Positions 45,331-60,380 of a stretch of 64,000 nt of DNA are shown here, piece by piece. A program made the position numbers and the translations under genes. Every line of letters begins with the position of its first letter. Position 1 is the first letter of the stretch. Source of the stretch: Amoebidium appalachense (taxonomy: Eukaryota; Protista; Ichthyosporea); the NCBI GenBank assembly GCA_963693365.1, contig CAVNZM010000003.1, positions 7,683,312 to 7,747,311 on the forward strand. The letters are read 5' to 3'. The notes beneath the pieces were generated by a model. It was not told the origin of the DNA and ran no database searches. It saw only the letters and a program-made list of their open reading frames with translations.

Positions 45331-45564
45331 CCCGCCCCCCCGCGCATCTCTTAATCTCTCTACCCTTCCTTCCCCGGAACCCCGGCAGAGATATGCATAC
45401 AGGGGAGGGGACGGGATGGAAGTGAAGCAGGCGGTGGGTGGGGGGTGGGTGCCGGGGGGGGAGGGGGGGGGGAGGGGGGGGGGGGAGGGAGGGAAGGGGA
45501 AGAGAGCGGGGGAAGGAGGAGAATTTAAAGTTGAAAGAGAAAGAGAACGCGAGAGAGTGAGATA

Positions 45565-45602
<38 letters not shown>

Positions 45603-45762
45603 GGGGGGGAGAAGGGGGGGAGGGGGGGGGGGGACGAGCAAGAGAGCTACAGGGAGCGAGAGATACGCACACAAACACAGCAAACACAGGGAGAGAGAGT
45701 GGTGAGAGGGGGCCGGGGAGGGGGGGGGGGGGGGGAGAAGAGAGAGAGAGCGAGACTCTTCT

Positions 45763-45830
<68 letters not shown>

Positions 45831-45882
45831 CAGAGAATTAGAGAGAGAGAGTGAGTGAGTGAGAGAGAGAGAGACAGAGAAT

Positions 45883-46043
<161 letters not shown>

Positions 46044-46458
46044 TGTGTGTGTGTAGGAGAGAGAGAGTGAGAGAGAGAGAAGGAGAGAGATCTAGAGAGA
46101 GGGGGGGGGGAGGGGGAGGGGGAGGGTTGGAGGGGAGCGGGGGCGGAGAGAGAGAGAGAGCCTGAGAGAGAGAGCGAGAGAGAGTGGGAGTGATGCACAG
46201 ACAGAGAGAGTGAGAGAGAGAGAGGGCGGGGGGGGGGAAACAGAGAGAGGGGGGGGGGGGGGGGGGGGGGATCGAGGAGGGGGGGAAGGGAGGGAGGATT
46301 GGAGGCGGGGGTGGGTGGGGGGGGGGGGAGGGAGAGAGAGAGCGAGAGAGAGTGGAAGGCATGCACACACACACAGAGAGAGAGGTAGAGACAGAGAGTG
46401 GGGAGAGAGAGAGAGAAAGAGAGGGAGAGAGGGAGAGGGAGAGAGGGAGAGAAAGAGA

Positions 46459-46496
<38 letters not shown>

Positions 46497-46603
46497 GGGG
46501 AGGTGTCTCAGAGAGAAAGAAGATACACGGAAAGGAAAGGGAGCCGTCCACCATGCCAAACATGCACCCCTCCGGAGCCCTTCTTGCAACCCCCACCACC
46601 ACC

Positions 46604-46634
<31 letters not shown>

Positions 46635-46840
46635 GCTAGTTCTTCCCTTAAAAAAAGAAAAAAGAAAAAAAAAAGAATAAACCGACGAATTAAAGAAAAG
46701 AAAAGAAACTCCGCTAGTTCTTCTCGTTAAAAAAACAACAAAAAAACAAACAAAAAAAAAACAGACGCATTAAAGAAAAGAAGAGAAACACTCTTACTAA
46801 TAGTGTGTGGACTCTAATCACCCCCCTCACCCTCCCTCCC

Positions 46841-46884
<44 letters not shown>

Positions 46885-46984
46885 CTCTCTCACTCTCTCT
46901 CTCTCACTCTCTCTCTCCCTCTCTCTCTCTCTCTCACTCCCTCTCTCTCTCTTTCACTCACTCACTCACACACACACACACACA

Positions 46985-47040
<56 letters not shown>

Positions 47041-48252
47041 AGGCTGCAGCTGTTATTAACGCGGCACTGGCGGCTTACATGCGTGATCACGAACCCCCTT
47101 CCTCGTCTACGTAATATACCATTAATGAGGCAGCTTTCATGCAAGAATCGATAGTCAGCCACACAGACGACAGTATGCGATGTTGCAGTTGCACTTCTGA
47201 TTGGCCGTCTCAAAGTCTGCCTTGAACCTTAAATGGTAGACCATATATAGAGTGGATTTCAAACTTACGGCCGCTCATGCAGCTTCAGCTGCAAGGCATG
47301 TGCAACTTTGTTGCACGGCTCCCGGCCGGCCAGGCCAGGTAGCTAGCCCAGAGTCCCAGCTGGCAATAGCTACCCCCCCCCCCAAAACATGACTACTGCG
47401 GATATCACGTACAACTAGGCGACATTTGGTTTGTGTGCCATGGAAATGTGTGCATAACTTTGCTGATAGTGTGTAATTTTGGTTTTGGAAGCCCCCCCCC
47501 CCCCCCCCCCCCCTTTTTTTTTTTCTTTTCTTTTTTTTTTTTTTTGGGTCTTGCTGTGTGTGTGTGTGTGTGTGTGTGTGTGGTGGTGGTGGTGGTGGTG
47601 GTGGTGGTGGTGGTGGTGGTGGTGGTGGTGTGTGTGGGGGGGGGGGGGGGGTACTGTTGTGTGTGTGTACTGCGTTGTAGTTGTTGTTGTTGTTGTTGTT
47701 GTTGTTGGAGGTGGTGGTGGTGGTGGTGGCAGTGGTGGCGGTGTGGTGGTGTGTGCGTCGTCCAGGGGGGGGGGGGAGGGGGGAGGGTGGGGGGGGGGGG
47801 GGGGGGGGGGGTATCTTTCCAAGGTATTCAAAGAGTCCCTTTATTGCAGAAGTCGGGGGAAATGTGTGCAACTTTTTTATTTATTTATTGTGTGCTCGTG
47901 CCGACCAGAACATTCGTTAACCACATATGCACGTGTTTAGAGAAAGTCCAAATCAACCCACAAGAAAAAATATAAAAAATGAAAATCAAAAAACAAAAAG
48001 CCCTAAACCCCTGTTTGTACCTGTCCTTGTTCTTACAGCACAGCACAGATCAATACCAAAAAAAAGCCGTGCCGCTTTGTTTTTAAGCCATATTAACGGT
48101 CAAACACATCTGCTTACAGAATTTTTCTACCAAAATGGCCATCAATTGCACAAGACGCCAACATCAGTAGACTAGAACACCGTGTTCCTCCTCCCCATTA
48201 TCCTCCCAGACCACCTCCACTATCCGCCTGTAGCCTGCCATCCGAACAGGCC

Positions 48253-48851
48253 CTAGTGTGAAATCAGGGCCAGAATCATCCTGCAAATCACACAGTCCCA
48301 GTTATTATCCCACCCATGTTGCTGCTACGGATAAATCAATGAATCATAGTTTCAGCTGCATAAAAACAGGTCGCGAGACAAAGAAAGAAAGAAAAAGGAG
48401 GGGGAATGTGGACATGAAAGTCTTTGTGTGTGTTGTGCATGCATGTGGGTGTTGTGTGCATGTGTTGGTGTACCGATGTGTGCGTATCTGTTGTGTACGT
48501 GTGTGTTGGTATGTATTCATGTTTTGTGTTTGTGATGTGTACACTTAGTTTAATGTATGTGCTGTGTATATCGAAATCTTCTTGTTGTGTGTGTGCGTGT
48601 GCCTGACGTTTGTGTAAATGATGCTTATGGATAAGTCGCCTATGTACACATCAACGTCGATGTGTTGTGTGCATTGGGTGATTGAGGGTGTGTCATACGT
48701 GTGTAATGGTATATTCGTGCGTGTATGCTATTCGTTTATCATTGCACGCTTGCACACACGTGTTTGTGTGTGTGCGTGCGTGTGCGTGTGCGTGTGCATG
48801 TGTGTGCGTGTACGTGTGCGTGCGTGCATGCGTGCGTGCATGTGCGCGCGC

Positions 48852-48885
<34 letters not shown>

Positions 48886-50030
48886 TGTTGTGTCTGTACG
48901 CATGTGCGTTACTTGCCATGCAAACATGTGTGTATATGTGAGGCCATAATTTGTGTGCTCTTAGGCTTGTGCGTGTGTCTTTGTACCTAGCTGTTTGTTG
49001 GGGGCAAGGAATGCGGGGGCTAGAGGGGGGGGGGGGGGGGGGGGGGGGGGGGAGGGGGGAGGGGGGGGGTGCATGTCTGTATGTGTGGTTGCATAGGCGG
49101 GCGGGCATGCGTGAGTTGTTGTGCGTGTGTCGCATATGTTGCGGTGCACACATTATACATAACATGGATGACGACAATCTGTGTGTGTGTGTGTGTGTGT
49201 GTTAGTGTGTGCGGGCGCACACGTGTTTTTGTTGTGTGTGAGTGTGAGCGCGTGTGTGCATGTGTGTGTGTGTACATACGCAGGTCCGTACACCCATATT
49301 TTGCATGCACGCTTTGTGGCGCTCGCACATCTGTGCTCAGACGCAAGCCCGCATGCGCACGAGAGCTTGGACCATGCTACATGTGTCAGCACATGTGTGT
49401 GCATGCAACCGTATGTGTGTACATGTAACCGTGTGCGTGTGCATGTAATCGCATGTGTATGCATGTAACCTATGTGTGAGTGTGACCATAAGGTCGCATG
49501 TAGCCGTAAGTGCACTAGTCTGCATGTAACCGTGTGCATGCAACCGTGCGTGCATGGAACCTCGTATGTGCGAATGTAAACATGAATGTGCGTGCAATTA
49601 AACACACGAGTGTGCCTGTGCCTGCCTGGACATGTTTGCAAACACCTGTAAAGGTAGTAGAAGAAGCACAGCAGGAAGAAGCCTAGCTTGACAAAGCAGT
49701 CCCTCTTGTGCTTGTTGAGGTCCCGGAAGATAACAGTGGGGTCCAAGTGGTGCTTGCCCTGCGTGTAGCTGAAAAGGGGGGGTTACAATGGTGCGGCCTG
49801 AAATTTCAGAAATTCGATTGGGTACGCTTATTGCGTTCCTTTAGCCCAAGGCGGGGAGGGGCGACGGTGGGGATGGGGGTGGGGGAACGGGGGGCTAGAA
49901 TGTTTTACTGTAGACCAAGTATATATTCATGACACACCACCGCGTTATAAGTAGAGTCCATTCTCCCGGGGGGAGGAGGGGGGGGGGGGGGGGGGGGGAG
50001 GGAGGGCTGTACACAAACCGTAGGAAGTGT

Positions 50031-50061
<31 letters not shown>

Positions 50062-50082
50062 GGGGGGCTGTTAAACACACAC

Positions 50083-50113
<31 letters not shown>

Positions 50114-50352
50114 GGGTGTGGGTGTGAGGGGGGGGGGGGGGGGAGGGGGAGGGGGGTGTTATACACACACCGTGGGGGGAAGGGGGGCTATTATGCACAC
50201 ACCGTGTGTGTGTATGTGGGGGGAGGGGGGGGGGGGGGGGGGTTGAATGCACCATAGAGTATGACGTACACATTCACAACGGACAGCACCATGAAGAGTG
50301 CAAATGCCACATCAAGGGTATGCATAATAAGCAGATAAGCAGAGCCCATTCT

Positions 50353-50389
<37 letters not shown>

Positions 50390-51296
50390 GGGGGGAGGGG
50401 GGGGGGAGGGGGGGTTGAATGCGTCATAAAGTACGAAGTACACAAGAACAAACGGATAACACAATGCAGAATGCAAGCCATACATAAAGAGTATGCATAA
50501 AAAGCCCATCCTCAGGGGGGACCCACGTCATCCACAGTACCCGAGTTTCGACCTTTTCACCTCGTTAACGAAACCCAACTCAGATACTGTTTCACTTGAA
50601 CATGAGTAGGTCACCCGTCTTGATCAGAGACGAGCAGGGTTGCTTATGCAGGCAAGGGCAGGGGGAAAGGCCGGGGGTTAAAGTTGCAGCAGTAAGCAGA
50701 AGCAAGAAAAATATAGATAGGAACTCAGGGGCTTCTGGGAAGCTCCCCTGTCGCTACCTAAGTCGATACTTCCCTGGCAAACATACTACACCAGCTGAAA
50801 AGAATTAAGTCCCGAAGGCCGCAGAATTCGCAATCAGAGGGGAAAATATGAGATTTGACCAAAGCCGCAGGGTAGTAACACGCTTACTAGGGCGGAACTT
50901 TAACGTCTTCGAACGGAAAGCTATGCCCCCGGATGTCAGCCGGAAATATGGTATCACCCATTGCTTTGGGCTTGAAAAAAGCCAAACCGATAGTCCGAGT
51001 TATGTTACGCCGGCAGGTAACATGCCGCATGGGTTCCAATGGAGCTGTCGCCAACACAGCGGTGTGTGCATGTGTGCGCGTAACGCAATGTTAAGTGTGT
51101 CTATAGCTATGAAAGGGGGTATGCAGAAGTGGACAGATCAAGTGTGTGGAGAGAAAAACAGTAGGAAGAAAAATAGACACCGGTGTGTGCAACCCCGCAC
51201 AACATACATACACACACACACACACATAAATAAGCGAAGATTACAGGTTATCAACCAGAACAATAAATGACAAGCAAAACAACAGGTGCCAAAAAA

Positions 51297-51395
<99 letters not shown>

Positions 51396-51755
51396 GAGGG
51401 GGAGGGGGGGTCTTAGGGATGCTCCAGGGGGAGGGGGGAGGTTCCTTACAACAGTAGGCAGCCCAAACCAAACGGGCAAAGTTCAATTAAGGCATGCAAC
51501 ATCGGGGGGGAGGGGGGAAGGGGGGGGGGGGGGTTTGAAATGCCTTAATCAGAAGGGCCCATACACCCACTGCCATCCAACTCACACACAATTTACTCCA
51601 CACGAGCCTCACAAGTATGACAACACCCGAATCTTTGCTGGTTCGGGATGTGTGTTGGGTGTGGGTGTAGGTGCAGTGCTCTGAAACGTGCTGTAAAGGA
51701 TAGGACATGTGGTTGTGTATAGACATAGAGGGATTATGGGGTGATAGTGATGGTG

Positions 51756-51803
<48 letters not shown>

Positions 51804-51894
51804 CGCGGTAGTGTTTAACATGCGTGTGTGTGGTCGTGTTCTTTTGTTGTTTGTCAGCGTGAGTGCATGTGTGTGTGTGTGTGTGCGTGTGTGT

Positions 51895-51932
<38 letters not shown>

Positions 51933-51980
51933 CACGTGTGTGTGCATGTGTGTGCGCGCGTGTGTGTGTGCGCGCCTGCG

Positions 51981-52048
<68 letters not shown>

Positions 52049-52143
52049 GTGTGTGTTTGTTTGAATGTGAGTGTGAGTTTGTTTGAGTGTGAGTTTCTGT
52101 GTGCTGTGTGTATTGCATGCACGTGTATGTCTGTACGAGTATA

Positions 52144-52185
<42 letters not shown>

Positions 52186-52779
52186 TGTGTATGTGCCGTG
52201 CGGTGTGTAAGTGTTTATTGGTGGGGGTTGTGTGCAGGTAAGAATGTTGGTGAAAGGGATGAGGAGGTGTGAGCCCATACTTGTAGATGTTGTAGCCCAG
52301 CAGGGGTGTGTTGATGAGGAAGGGCAGAATCTCCATGTTCAGAAGGAACGCAAGAGTCAACACTCCGTGCACACCGTACTCGGGTAGCACATACTGCAGA
52401 GAGGAAGAAATATATATTAGTGAGCGAAGGGGGGGGGAAGAGGGGTGGGGTGCGGGGTTAATGGGAAGGGGAAGGCCGGGGGGGGAGGGGGGGAGGGGAG
52501 CGTGGTATTGAAAGAGGTTGGCTGGGGAAGGAGGAGAAGGGGTAAAATGGGTTACGGAGTATGAAGCCCATATTCACGACGGACAACACAATGAGCATGC
52601 ATGATCAGTAGAGCCCATCCATAGGGATGGTGGGAGGAAGGGGCAGGGGAATTGGAAGGGGGAATGGGAGGGGGGGGGGGGGGGGGGGGGGAGGGGGGGG
52701 GTGAGGCATAGAGAGTGAAGGGGGACAAAACTACCCATGCACCCGAGTTTCGAACCCAAGGGGGAGGGGAGAGGGGAGG

Positions 52780-52817
<38 letters not shown>

Positions 52818-54269
52818 ATTGATAGTAACGATCATTTTTTCAAAGAAAAAACCATCTCAGGTTAGCTTTGTTAAATCACCAGTCTATATCAAAGCTAAGG
52901 GAGGGTTGCTAATGTAAAAAGGCAGGAAAGAGCAAGTCTAGCAGTCGATATGGAGTTTGAAAGAGGGTGTGGCACGGGTGGAGATAGGGGCAGGAGGGGA
53001 GTGAGGAGGGAGAGAATGGGCTAGGGGGTGGGGTGGGGCAGGGTAGAGGGGGGGAGGAGAGGGGAGGAAGGGAGAGAGTGAGAGAAAGAGGGGGGGGGGG
53101 GGGGGGTCTGTGTGCGGGTGAGCATGCATGTGGGCTGGTGTGTGTGTGTGCATGTGCGTGCGTGTGTGTATGTGGAAGATTTGCATGGGTTTAAGGCACA
53201 ACCAAACAGAGCAAGAGGGGGGGAGGAAGTGCAGCTTGGTGATAGGGAGGAAAGAAAACATGAAGAGAGAGAGCGAGGGGAGGGAGAGGGGGCAGGGGGG
53301 TAGGTAGGCATGCAAACCAGTCATGTTTCACGTACCTGGTTTAGTTTTTGACACAAATCTATCGGGTTGATGTAGTCCACCTCCAAATCGGAGAACATGA
53401 TAATCTTGTGGGGTTAAGGATGTTGACAAACAAACATCTTGCAAACCTACATGTCACGAACTGCCCACAAGAAGTAGTATTGTGACGTTTGAAAAACACA
53501 CCAAGGATGGCTTTCACAACAAGAACAGCAAGTCTTTTGACAAGCCCGTGCCCATACCAGCATGCAAAGGAAATACACATACACAAACACACACATACAA
53601 CTTGCAGGAAAGGGCACTTGTTTGTGTGTGTGTGTGTGCAAACACTGAACGCGCAACCACAGGCCAACACTTTGAGAAACACATGGATTACTACCCTACC
53701 CTTCTTCCCTCTCCCCCATCCCCATCCCACCTGACATATACACACACGCGCGCTCGTGCACACATGCACACACAGAAGCATGCACACATGCACCGTGGCA
53801 CACACGCACATCCACCCCGACCATCACCACATACCCACTTCAATCACATCTATACCCCTACACGCACACATACAAAGGAAATATGTGAACACCGCACCAT
53901 CCTATACCCAAAAACAAACTTTGCCCCTATAGTACACATGTCACAGATCACAGCCACCCCCTCACCCGGCTCCAAATGTTCACTAACTTGTAGCTGTCTC
54001 AGAAACTCTTCTCAGGGACAGCTTTAGCCGAATGTAATTGATGCAAGGGTCTCAACCCCCTTCTCTCCCCTCCCCTCCCCCCACCCCCCCACCCACCCCA
54101 TCCCCCCTTCCCCCCCCTCGAACACCCGCCTCGCCGTTCCGCTCTCCTTATCTCTCTCCCCCCACCACATTCCCAACTTCAGAAAGAGCAAGGATACAAA
54201 GTAGACCATCATAAACAGAAGCAGTGCCGAGAGGATCACTGCCATAACAAACAAAATCGCAGACGCCAT
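48253..54269 (-). CDS. ERV14: Cornichon family ER cargo receptor (Erv14/CNIH4-like), 134 aa
   Basis: Five exons: 54269-54198 ([24 protein letters not shown]), 53404-53336 ([23 protein letters not shown]), 52393-52281 ([20 protein letters not shown]), 49768-49646 ([34 protein letters not shown]), 48280-48253 (RMILALISH*). All hallmark cornichon motifs are present. Confidence 0.96.
50241..50680 (-). mobile_element. Two adjacent copies of the intronic SINE-like family (50241-50353 and 50414-50680) in cornichon intron 3
   Basis: 50415-50603 is over 90% identical by eye to 62538-62732; each copy ends gcattcaa plus C-run on the - strand. Confidence 0.85.
52556..52760 (-). mobile_element. Diverged, interrupted copy of the intronic SINE-like family in cornichon intron 2
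   Basis: Shares attcac.acggaca.cac.atga, agagcccatcc and acccgagtttcga; reads GGTTCGAAACTC (B-box-like) on the - strand. Confidence 0.55.
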
Positions 54270-54844
54270 TCTTGATGTGTGATAGAACCCGACCGCTAGT
54301 TTGTAAATGTGGGTGTCTATAACTGTTAGTAACTGTCACGCTTAACTTGTTGAAAAGTGGGTGTAACGCTTGTAGATGTTCCTAGGTATTTGTGTACTTT
54401 TTTGTGTGGGTAAAAAGGGAAGGAGTTTCCTGAACTTTTCCCGTTTTTCCGTTTGATCGTTTCGGAACAGATGTTCGCTTTATATAAAGGCTCCGGCAGA
54501 GCAGGACGATTGGTTGTCACCGGATATTGGCAACTTATGATACACAAATGTTTTATACTCAATGTATTAAACTTTCAAGACTTTAAAATCGTAAAATGTT
54601 TAGACGACAAATCAAATAGAGCTGATAACGATCGATAGAACAAGGTATTGCCGCAATGCCGGGAAATTGAAGGGCCAGAAAACGAAGAAGCCTCAATCGT
54701 AATGTGAATGGCCAGTTTCAATGTTCCAGTTTCAATGTTATGCTCCTCGAATATGGTCATACTTCCGCCGTACGCTGTGTCGTTTCGGAATGGTAGACCG
54801 GAGTGCCTTCAAGTAGTTTTCTCCCCTGTCCTGTTCGCTGTTGC

Positions 54845-55356
54845 TCTCTCCCCCTCCTTCTCTGGCTCCCTCCCTCCCTCCCTCCCTCCCTCCTTCCCTC
54901 CTTCCCTCCTTCCGTGCCCCCCCTTAAATCTCACCCCTTCTCCCTCCCTCTGTTTCCGCCTCCAGCCCTTCCTCCCACACTCCCTCCCCCTCCCCCCGCC
55001 CCTCTCCCCCTTCCAACTTCCTCCCGCCTCCCTCTCAAACCCATCCCCCCCAACTACGCACCCTTCCCCCCCCCCCCTCTCCCCCTCGCTCCGCCACTTC
55101 CTCCGCCCCTCCTTCCTGGCCCCTCCTTCCCGTTCCCACTCTCCCTCCCTCCTCTCGCCCCCTTTTCCTTTCCCACTCTCGTCCACTCCCATTCCCTTGC
55201 TCTCTATCTCTCCTCTCTCCCCTTTCTCTCTCTCTCCCTCTCTCTCCCTTCCCTCCCTCCCTCCCTCCCTCCCTCTCTCCCTCCCTCCCTCCCTCCCGCT
55301 CTCCCTCCCTCCCTCTTTCCCTCCCTCCCTCCCTCCCTCCCTCTCTCTCTCTCTCT

Positions 55357-55394
<38 letters not shown>

Positions 55395-55421
55395 ATCCCT
55401 CTCTCTCTCTCTCTCCCTCTC

Positions 55422-55458
<37 letters not shown>

Positions 55459-55878
55459 CCCCCTCCCCTCTCTGCCTCTTCCTCTCTATCTGGTTTCTCT
55501 TTCTCCCTCCCCTCTCTCTTCTCCCTCTCCTCCCCTTCCCCTTCCCCCCTCCCCTCCCTGCCCCTCTCTCTCCCCTGCCCCTCTCTCTCTGTCGCTCTCC
55601 CCCCCCCCTCCCCCCCCCCCCCCGGCCCCCTTCTCTCTCTCCCCCTCCCCCCCCCCCCCCTTCCCCCCCTCCCCTCCCCCCCCCCCCCCCCCCCACCTCC
55701 GCTTTATTCTCTCTAAGCCCGCACGACAGGTACTTGCAAGTGCGCGCGCACACACAACGTCAACAGACACATTCACACACGCGCACACAAACAGACACAC
55801 AGACACCGTACACACACACACACACGCACATACACACACACACACGCACACACACAGACACACACACACACACAGACA

Positions 55879-55933
<55 letters not shown>

Positions 55934-56010
55934 CCCCTAACTCTTCTCCCTCCCCTCCCCTTCCCCCACCCCTTCCGTCTTGTCCCCCCCCCCCCCCCCC
56001 CCCCGCCCCC
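54845..56010. repeat. Polypyrimidine (CT/CCCT/poly-C) tract followed by (CA)n
   Basis: About 850 bp nearly purine-free + strand, then a CA microsatellite. Confidence 0.95.
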
Positions 56011-56792
56011 AACCAATACCACCACCACGACCACCACCATTACCAAACACCCACCCACACCTAATCAAATAGGACATACATCTTTTATGAATTTGGCTAA
56101 AAAGCCCTCGGCTAGGGGCAATTGATCTAAGTTTCCTTGTTATACAAGCTAAGTGTTCAGTGCAGACTCTATCTTACAGATATGGTGTATTTTTTTTTCA
56201 TACATCTGTGTGCGCTGATATTAAGGGAATCTCTGGCCGTTTGTATGGATACATTCTTAAACATGTTTTAAACGGTATATGGTTTGTGACACCTGGGGTA
56301 TTAATGAATTTTGCGGCGGATAAATGTGCATAATCTGTCCCGAATACCGAAAAACACTTGGGGAGTAATCCACAATATGTTTTGGTAATATTGCCTGCTT
56401 GCTTTAGTGCAACTACCCACAATCTGATTACAGTTTGGCATAACATATTGTATTTCACATACAACTAAAGTTGGTATGTAGATAGTTTTTATCACCACAC
56501 AAGTAAAAGTATACATTCTACAATACGAAATATTACACATGTTATCACTGACCTGACATTAAATATACACACTATTGAATCTGACAAGACTCACACGGGA
56601 TGTGTTGTGTTCTGAGCCCCCCTTCCCCCCCCCCCCCCCCCAGGCCTCGACCCCCTCCTTCCCCAGCTACTGTATACATAGCTGTCCCATCCGAACCCCC
56701 CCCCCCCCCCCCCCCCTCACACGCACACATGCACACGCGCGCGCGCGCGCACATACACACACACAAGCACACACACACACACACACACACAC

Positions 56793-56827
<35 letters not shown>

Positions 56828-57015
56828 ACACACACACACCACATAAACACACACACACACACAACACACACGATTACCACCACCACCAACACCATCAGTC
56901 ATCTGGCAGCCCGTTCGTAATTATAACGTGTTTTTAGCGTTTGTGTGGGAGGAGGGACCCTGAAAGCTTTAGAAACACTAAATAAAAGCAGGCATGTGAC
57001 ATACAGGCCAGCGCA

Positions 57016-57120
57016 GGCAGTTGGGGTGAAGGAATAACCGCGCTCAGTCAGAATCTTCATCATGTAGTCGTGTGGGGGCCTGTGACGTACAACCTGGCCC
57101 CCGTGGCTGACACCATTGCC
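57016..57120 (-). pseudogene. Actin gene remnant
   Basis: GNGVSH..DYMMKILTERGYSFTPTA corresponds to actin GDGV(S/T)H and DYLMKILTERGYSFTTTA with the intervening residues shortened and replaced; no other actin exons seen. Confidence 0.8.
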
Positions 57121-57599
57121 AACCTTTCCGAACAATACGGGGGTGATCTACTTTTAGCGTGTATAATCTGCAAACCTTCAGTAAATTTTATATTGTTTAT
57201 ATGCTGTATATATTCGTCATACTGAAAAACGGCTGCCCTCTAGGCAATATGTACACGTGTTGTCTCATTTTATCTGATTGGCTACGCCGGTGAGATTGGG
57301 CACCCAGACGTCTATGGCAATGCAGATCAAAGAGAATTTTTTTAAATAGAAGTTTCCCTTTAAATATCTCAAAAATGGCAATCCCCCCACAAGCAATACA
57401 ATGCATACGAGCACTTAATTCTATCATCCTGAGCCCGCAGCACAAACTCCCACCAAATACACTCAAACTACTTCAAAGTTAAATCCTTACAAATTGTACT
57501 TTAAGCAAAATCACGTCAAATCTATTTTAAGCTACTGTATATCCCCACTAACGAAATTTCAAACTTAGCTCGATGAGCAGCTTTAATCAAATGTTCCAG

Positions 57600-57860
57600 C
57601 TTGGGCACTTTCAAACTAGTAAATGTCCCGCCTTGGGCAAATTTCAAGCTAGTGAATGTCCCGCTTTGGGCAAATTTCATGAAGCTAGCGAATGTTCCGC
57701 CTTGGGCAAATTTCAAGCTACTGGTCATTGAACCCCATGAAAAACTTAAAATCCCCATGGTCTGCAAACTTTCAAACTAATCTCCATAGAGCAGGTTTAA
57801 AGCTCCAACCACGCAAACTTTCAAAGAACCCCCCATAGGACAAGTTTGAATCCTTAACAA
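57600..57860. repeat. About 30-bp tandem repeat x4 (ttgggcaaatttcaagctagtgaatgtcccgc) followed by related diverged units
   Basis: Read directly; gives the repeated KFAQGGTF peptide in the ORF track. Confidence 0.85.
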
Positions 57861-58194
57861 TGATGTTCTTTAATAAAAACCCAATCAAGCGTAAATTCTG
57901 GCTAATTTACACACAACCTTTACACACATCGTATATTGTTTTTTGTTTTTACCGTTATATAGGACAACATTAAGTCGTAAAGTTTGTAAATACCAAAATG
58001 CATACCATATGCATGCCACATATGTCGCATACTGATATCAACCAGTAGGCAGCACGAAAACAGCAGCTAGAACTGACCATGCATGTACACGCCTGAGAAA
58101 ACATAAACTTCCCGAGTTCTCTCAATCAATTCAACTCCAACCCCTCTCCCCCCCCCCCCCCCCCCCCCCGCCCGCCCCCTCCCTCCCCTTCACA

Positions 58195-58459
58195 TTATTC
58201 GAAAACCGGTCTCCTCCTAGCCAATTCTTGCAACAATCCCCCCCTCCCCGCACCACTCCCCTCAGCACTACGCCCCACCTTAAGGCTCACTGCCTTACGT
58301 AATGGCACAAGGGGCCGGGCCCGGCCGGCAGCCTGCTGAGCTTCGCGTTGTTCCACCTCCTGGATTTTGCGTAAAAGGTGCTCTTTGAACTGGGGGGAGG
58401 GAGGGAGGGGGGAGGGGAGGGAAGAGGGAGGGAAGCGGGGTGGGATGGGGAGGGGAGGG

Positions 58460-58490
<31 letters not shown>

Positions 58491-58710
58491 AGGGGGGAGG
58501 GGGGCGGAGGGAGGAGGGGGGAGGGGGGGGGGGGGGAGGAGGGGAAAGGGAGAGGGAGGAAGGGTTGTGGGGCAGAACAGAGAGGAAGAGTAGTAATCGA
58601 GAGGGCGAGGCCGTTGATTGAGAGAGCCCCTGTTTGTTTGTTTGTGTGTTTTTGTGTGTGTGGAGGGGGCCGGGTTGTTTGTGTATTTGTCTGTGTCTGT
58701 GTGTGTTTGT

Positions 58711-58752
<42 letters not shown>

Positions 58753-59235
58753 GTTAGGATGTGTCATCATATCGAAGCACAAAACTATAGCGGACAACAT
58801 ATTGCAGAGTGTGAGTTACACAATGACTCTGCAAAACAGAGAGCTCCCATCTTTCCGGGGGGGGGGGGGGGGGGGGGTCTGGTTGAAAGGGCTTGAGACA
58901 GGTAAGCAAAAACATAAAGGCGCGGCAGGGCGGGGGCGGGGGGGCAGGGGGGAGGGGTTGTATCTTTTTTCCAATTTACCTGCATTTGTACCGTCTGGTC
59001 TCTTCTGAACTGTGGCAGTGCCGCATAGATTGCCCTCAGCTCCCTCCCACTCAGTCCGGTCAGCACAAAGTGGCGGTAGTCATTCTGGTGACGTGTGAGG
59101 ATGGCCTGGGGGGGGGGGGGGGGGGGGGATGGGGGTTAAAATTCGTTACAGAGTGTAGAAAGTGCACTGTGCCGATATGAACCCCTGAGGCACGTGCATA
59201 TACGCGCACGCACACACACACGTGTGTGCGCACGT

Positions 59236-59325
<90 letters not shown>

Positions 59326-60328
59326 CCAAATAAACGAAACTCCGAAAACACAACACCTCTATTTCTCTCGAGAACCTTCCATTTCTTCCCCCTGTCATGC
59401 CCTGCCCTCTCCCCAGTGAATCCTCCTTCCATACACATATCCACTTGCTTATTTGTTACGTTGTATCCCCCTCCCCCCCCCCCCCCCCCCCCCCCGCCCT
59501 CCCTCCTTCCCCCTCCCTCCCCCCCTCTCACCCCCTCCCCCCACCCCACCCCGTTGCCGCCACTTACCTGGTGGTCCATATTGATCAGGGACAGTTCAGG
59601 GTTGCGCCGTAGACGTGCCCGCAGTTCTGCGCATATGTGCAATCGGTGAGTACGCGTTGTATTTTTAGAATAGATTGCGAAAAACGCGGAAATTTGTGCG
59701 CTGTAGAGCAAGGAATATGTGCATAAAACTGAAGTGTTTTTGCCTAAAAGCCTAAATGGCTGAACAGTTTTGTGGTTATCATATTTGTGGACTGTACGTA
59801 AAAATAAGTGATATACACACATGTGACCTTAAAAAACCGTTTACACGTGCAAAGTGTGTGCATTAATTAAACGGGGCTTCTTTTGAGCCGATTTATAAGC
59901 CCTTTCGGGTCAGGCCAAAATGCCGTTTGATGCGCATCTCGCCAATCATAAAGCGTAAATCGACTTCGAGTCTGACGCGACCCGGATCACAAAAAGAAAC
60001 CCTTTTTGATTTTCCCTTCCTGCCACTGGTAGTTTACTACGACACAAAATGAAAATAGTGTGCTGGATAGGCTAGTTCATACTCAGATGCACGAGAAGAA
60101 TATAACTGCGAATACACATTCTGGCATCCCAGGTAATGGTTATTCTTAGGTTATGAAGCACATCAAGTAAGGAACATGCATACTCCTTGCACACACAGAC
60201 ACAGACTCGTGCATACAGGCAAGCACGACATTAGCCCATGCACACATGGCTTACAATCCACATACACATGTGCGCGCACACATGCGGACACACAAACACA
60301 CAGGCGCGCGCACACACACGCGCGCGCG

Positions 60329-60380
<52 letters not shown>

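Noticed and set aside
47039-48232. tacaggc..gcctgta as another TA-flanked MITE
   Set aside because: The inverted match is only 7 bp and is expected by chance.
57600-57860. Regular ~30-bp repeats resembling a CRISPR array or a KFAQGGTF repeat protein
   Set aside because: Units are directly adjacent with no unique spacers, there are no cas genes, the context is eukaryotic, and the ORF is short and unsupported.
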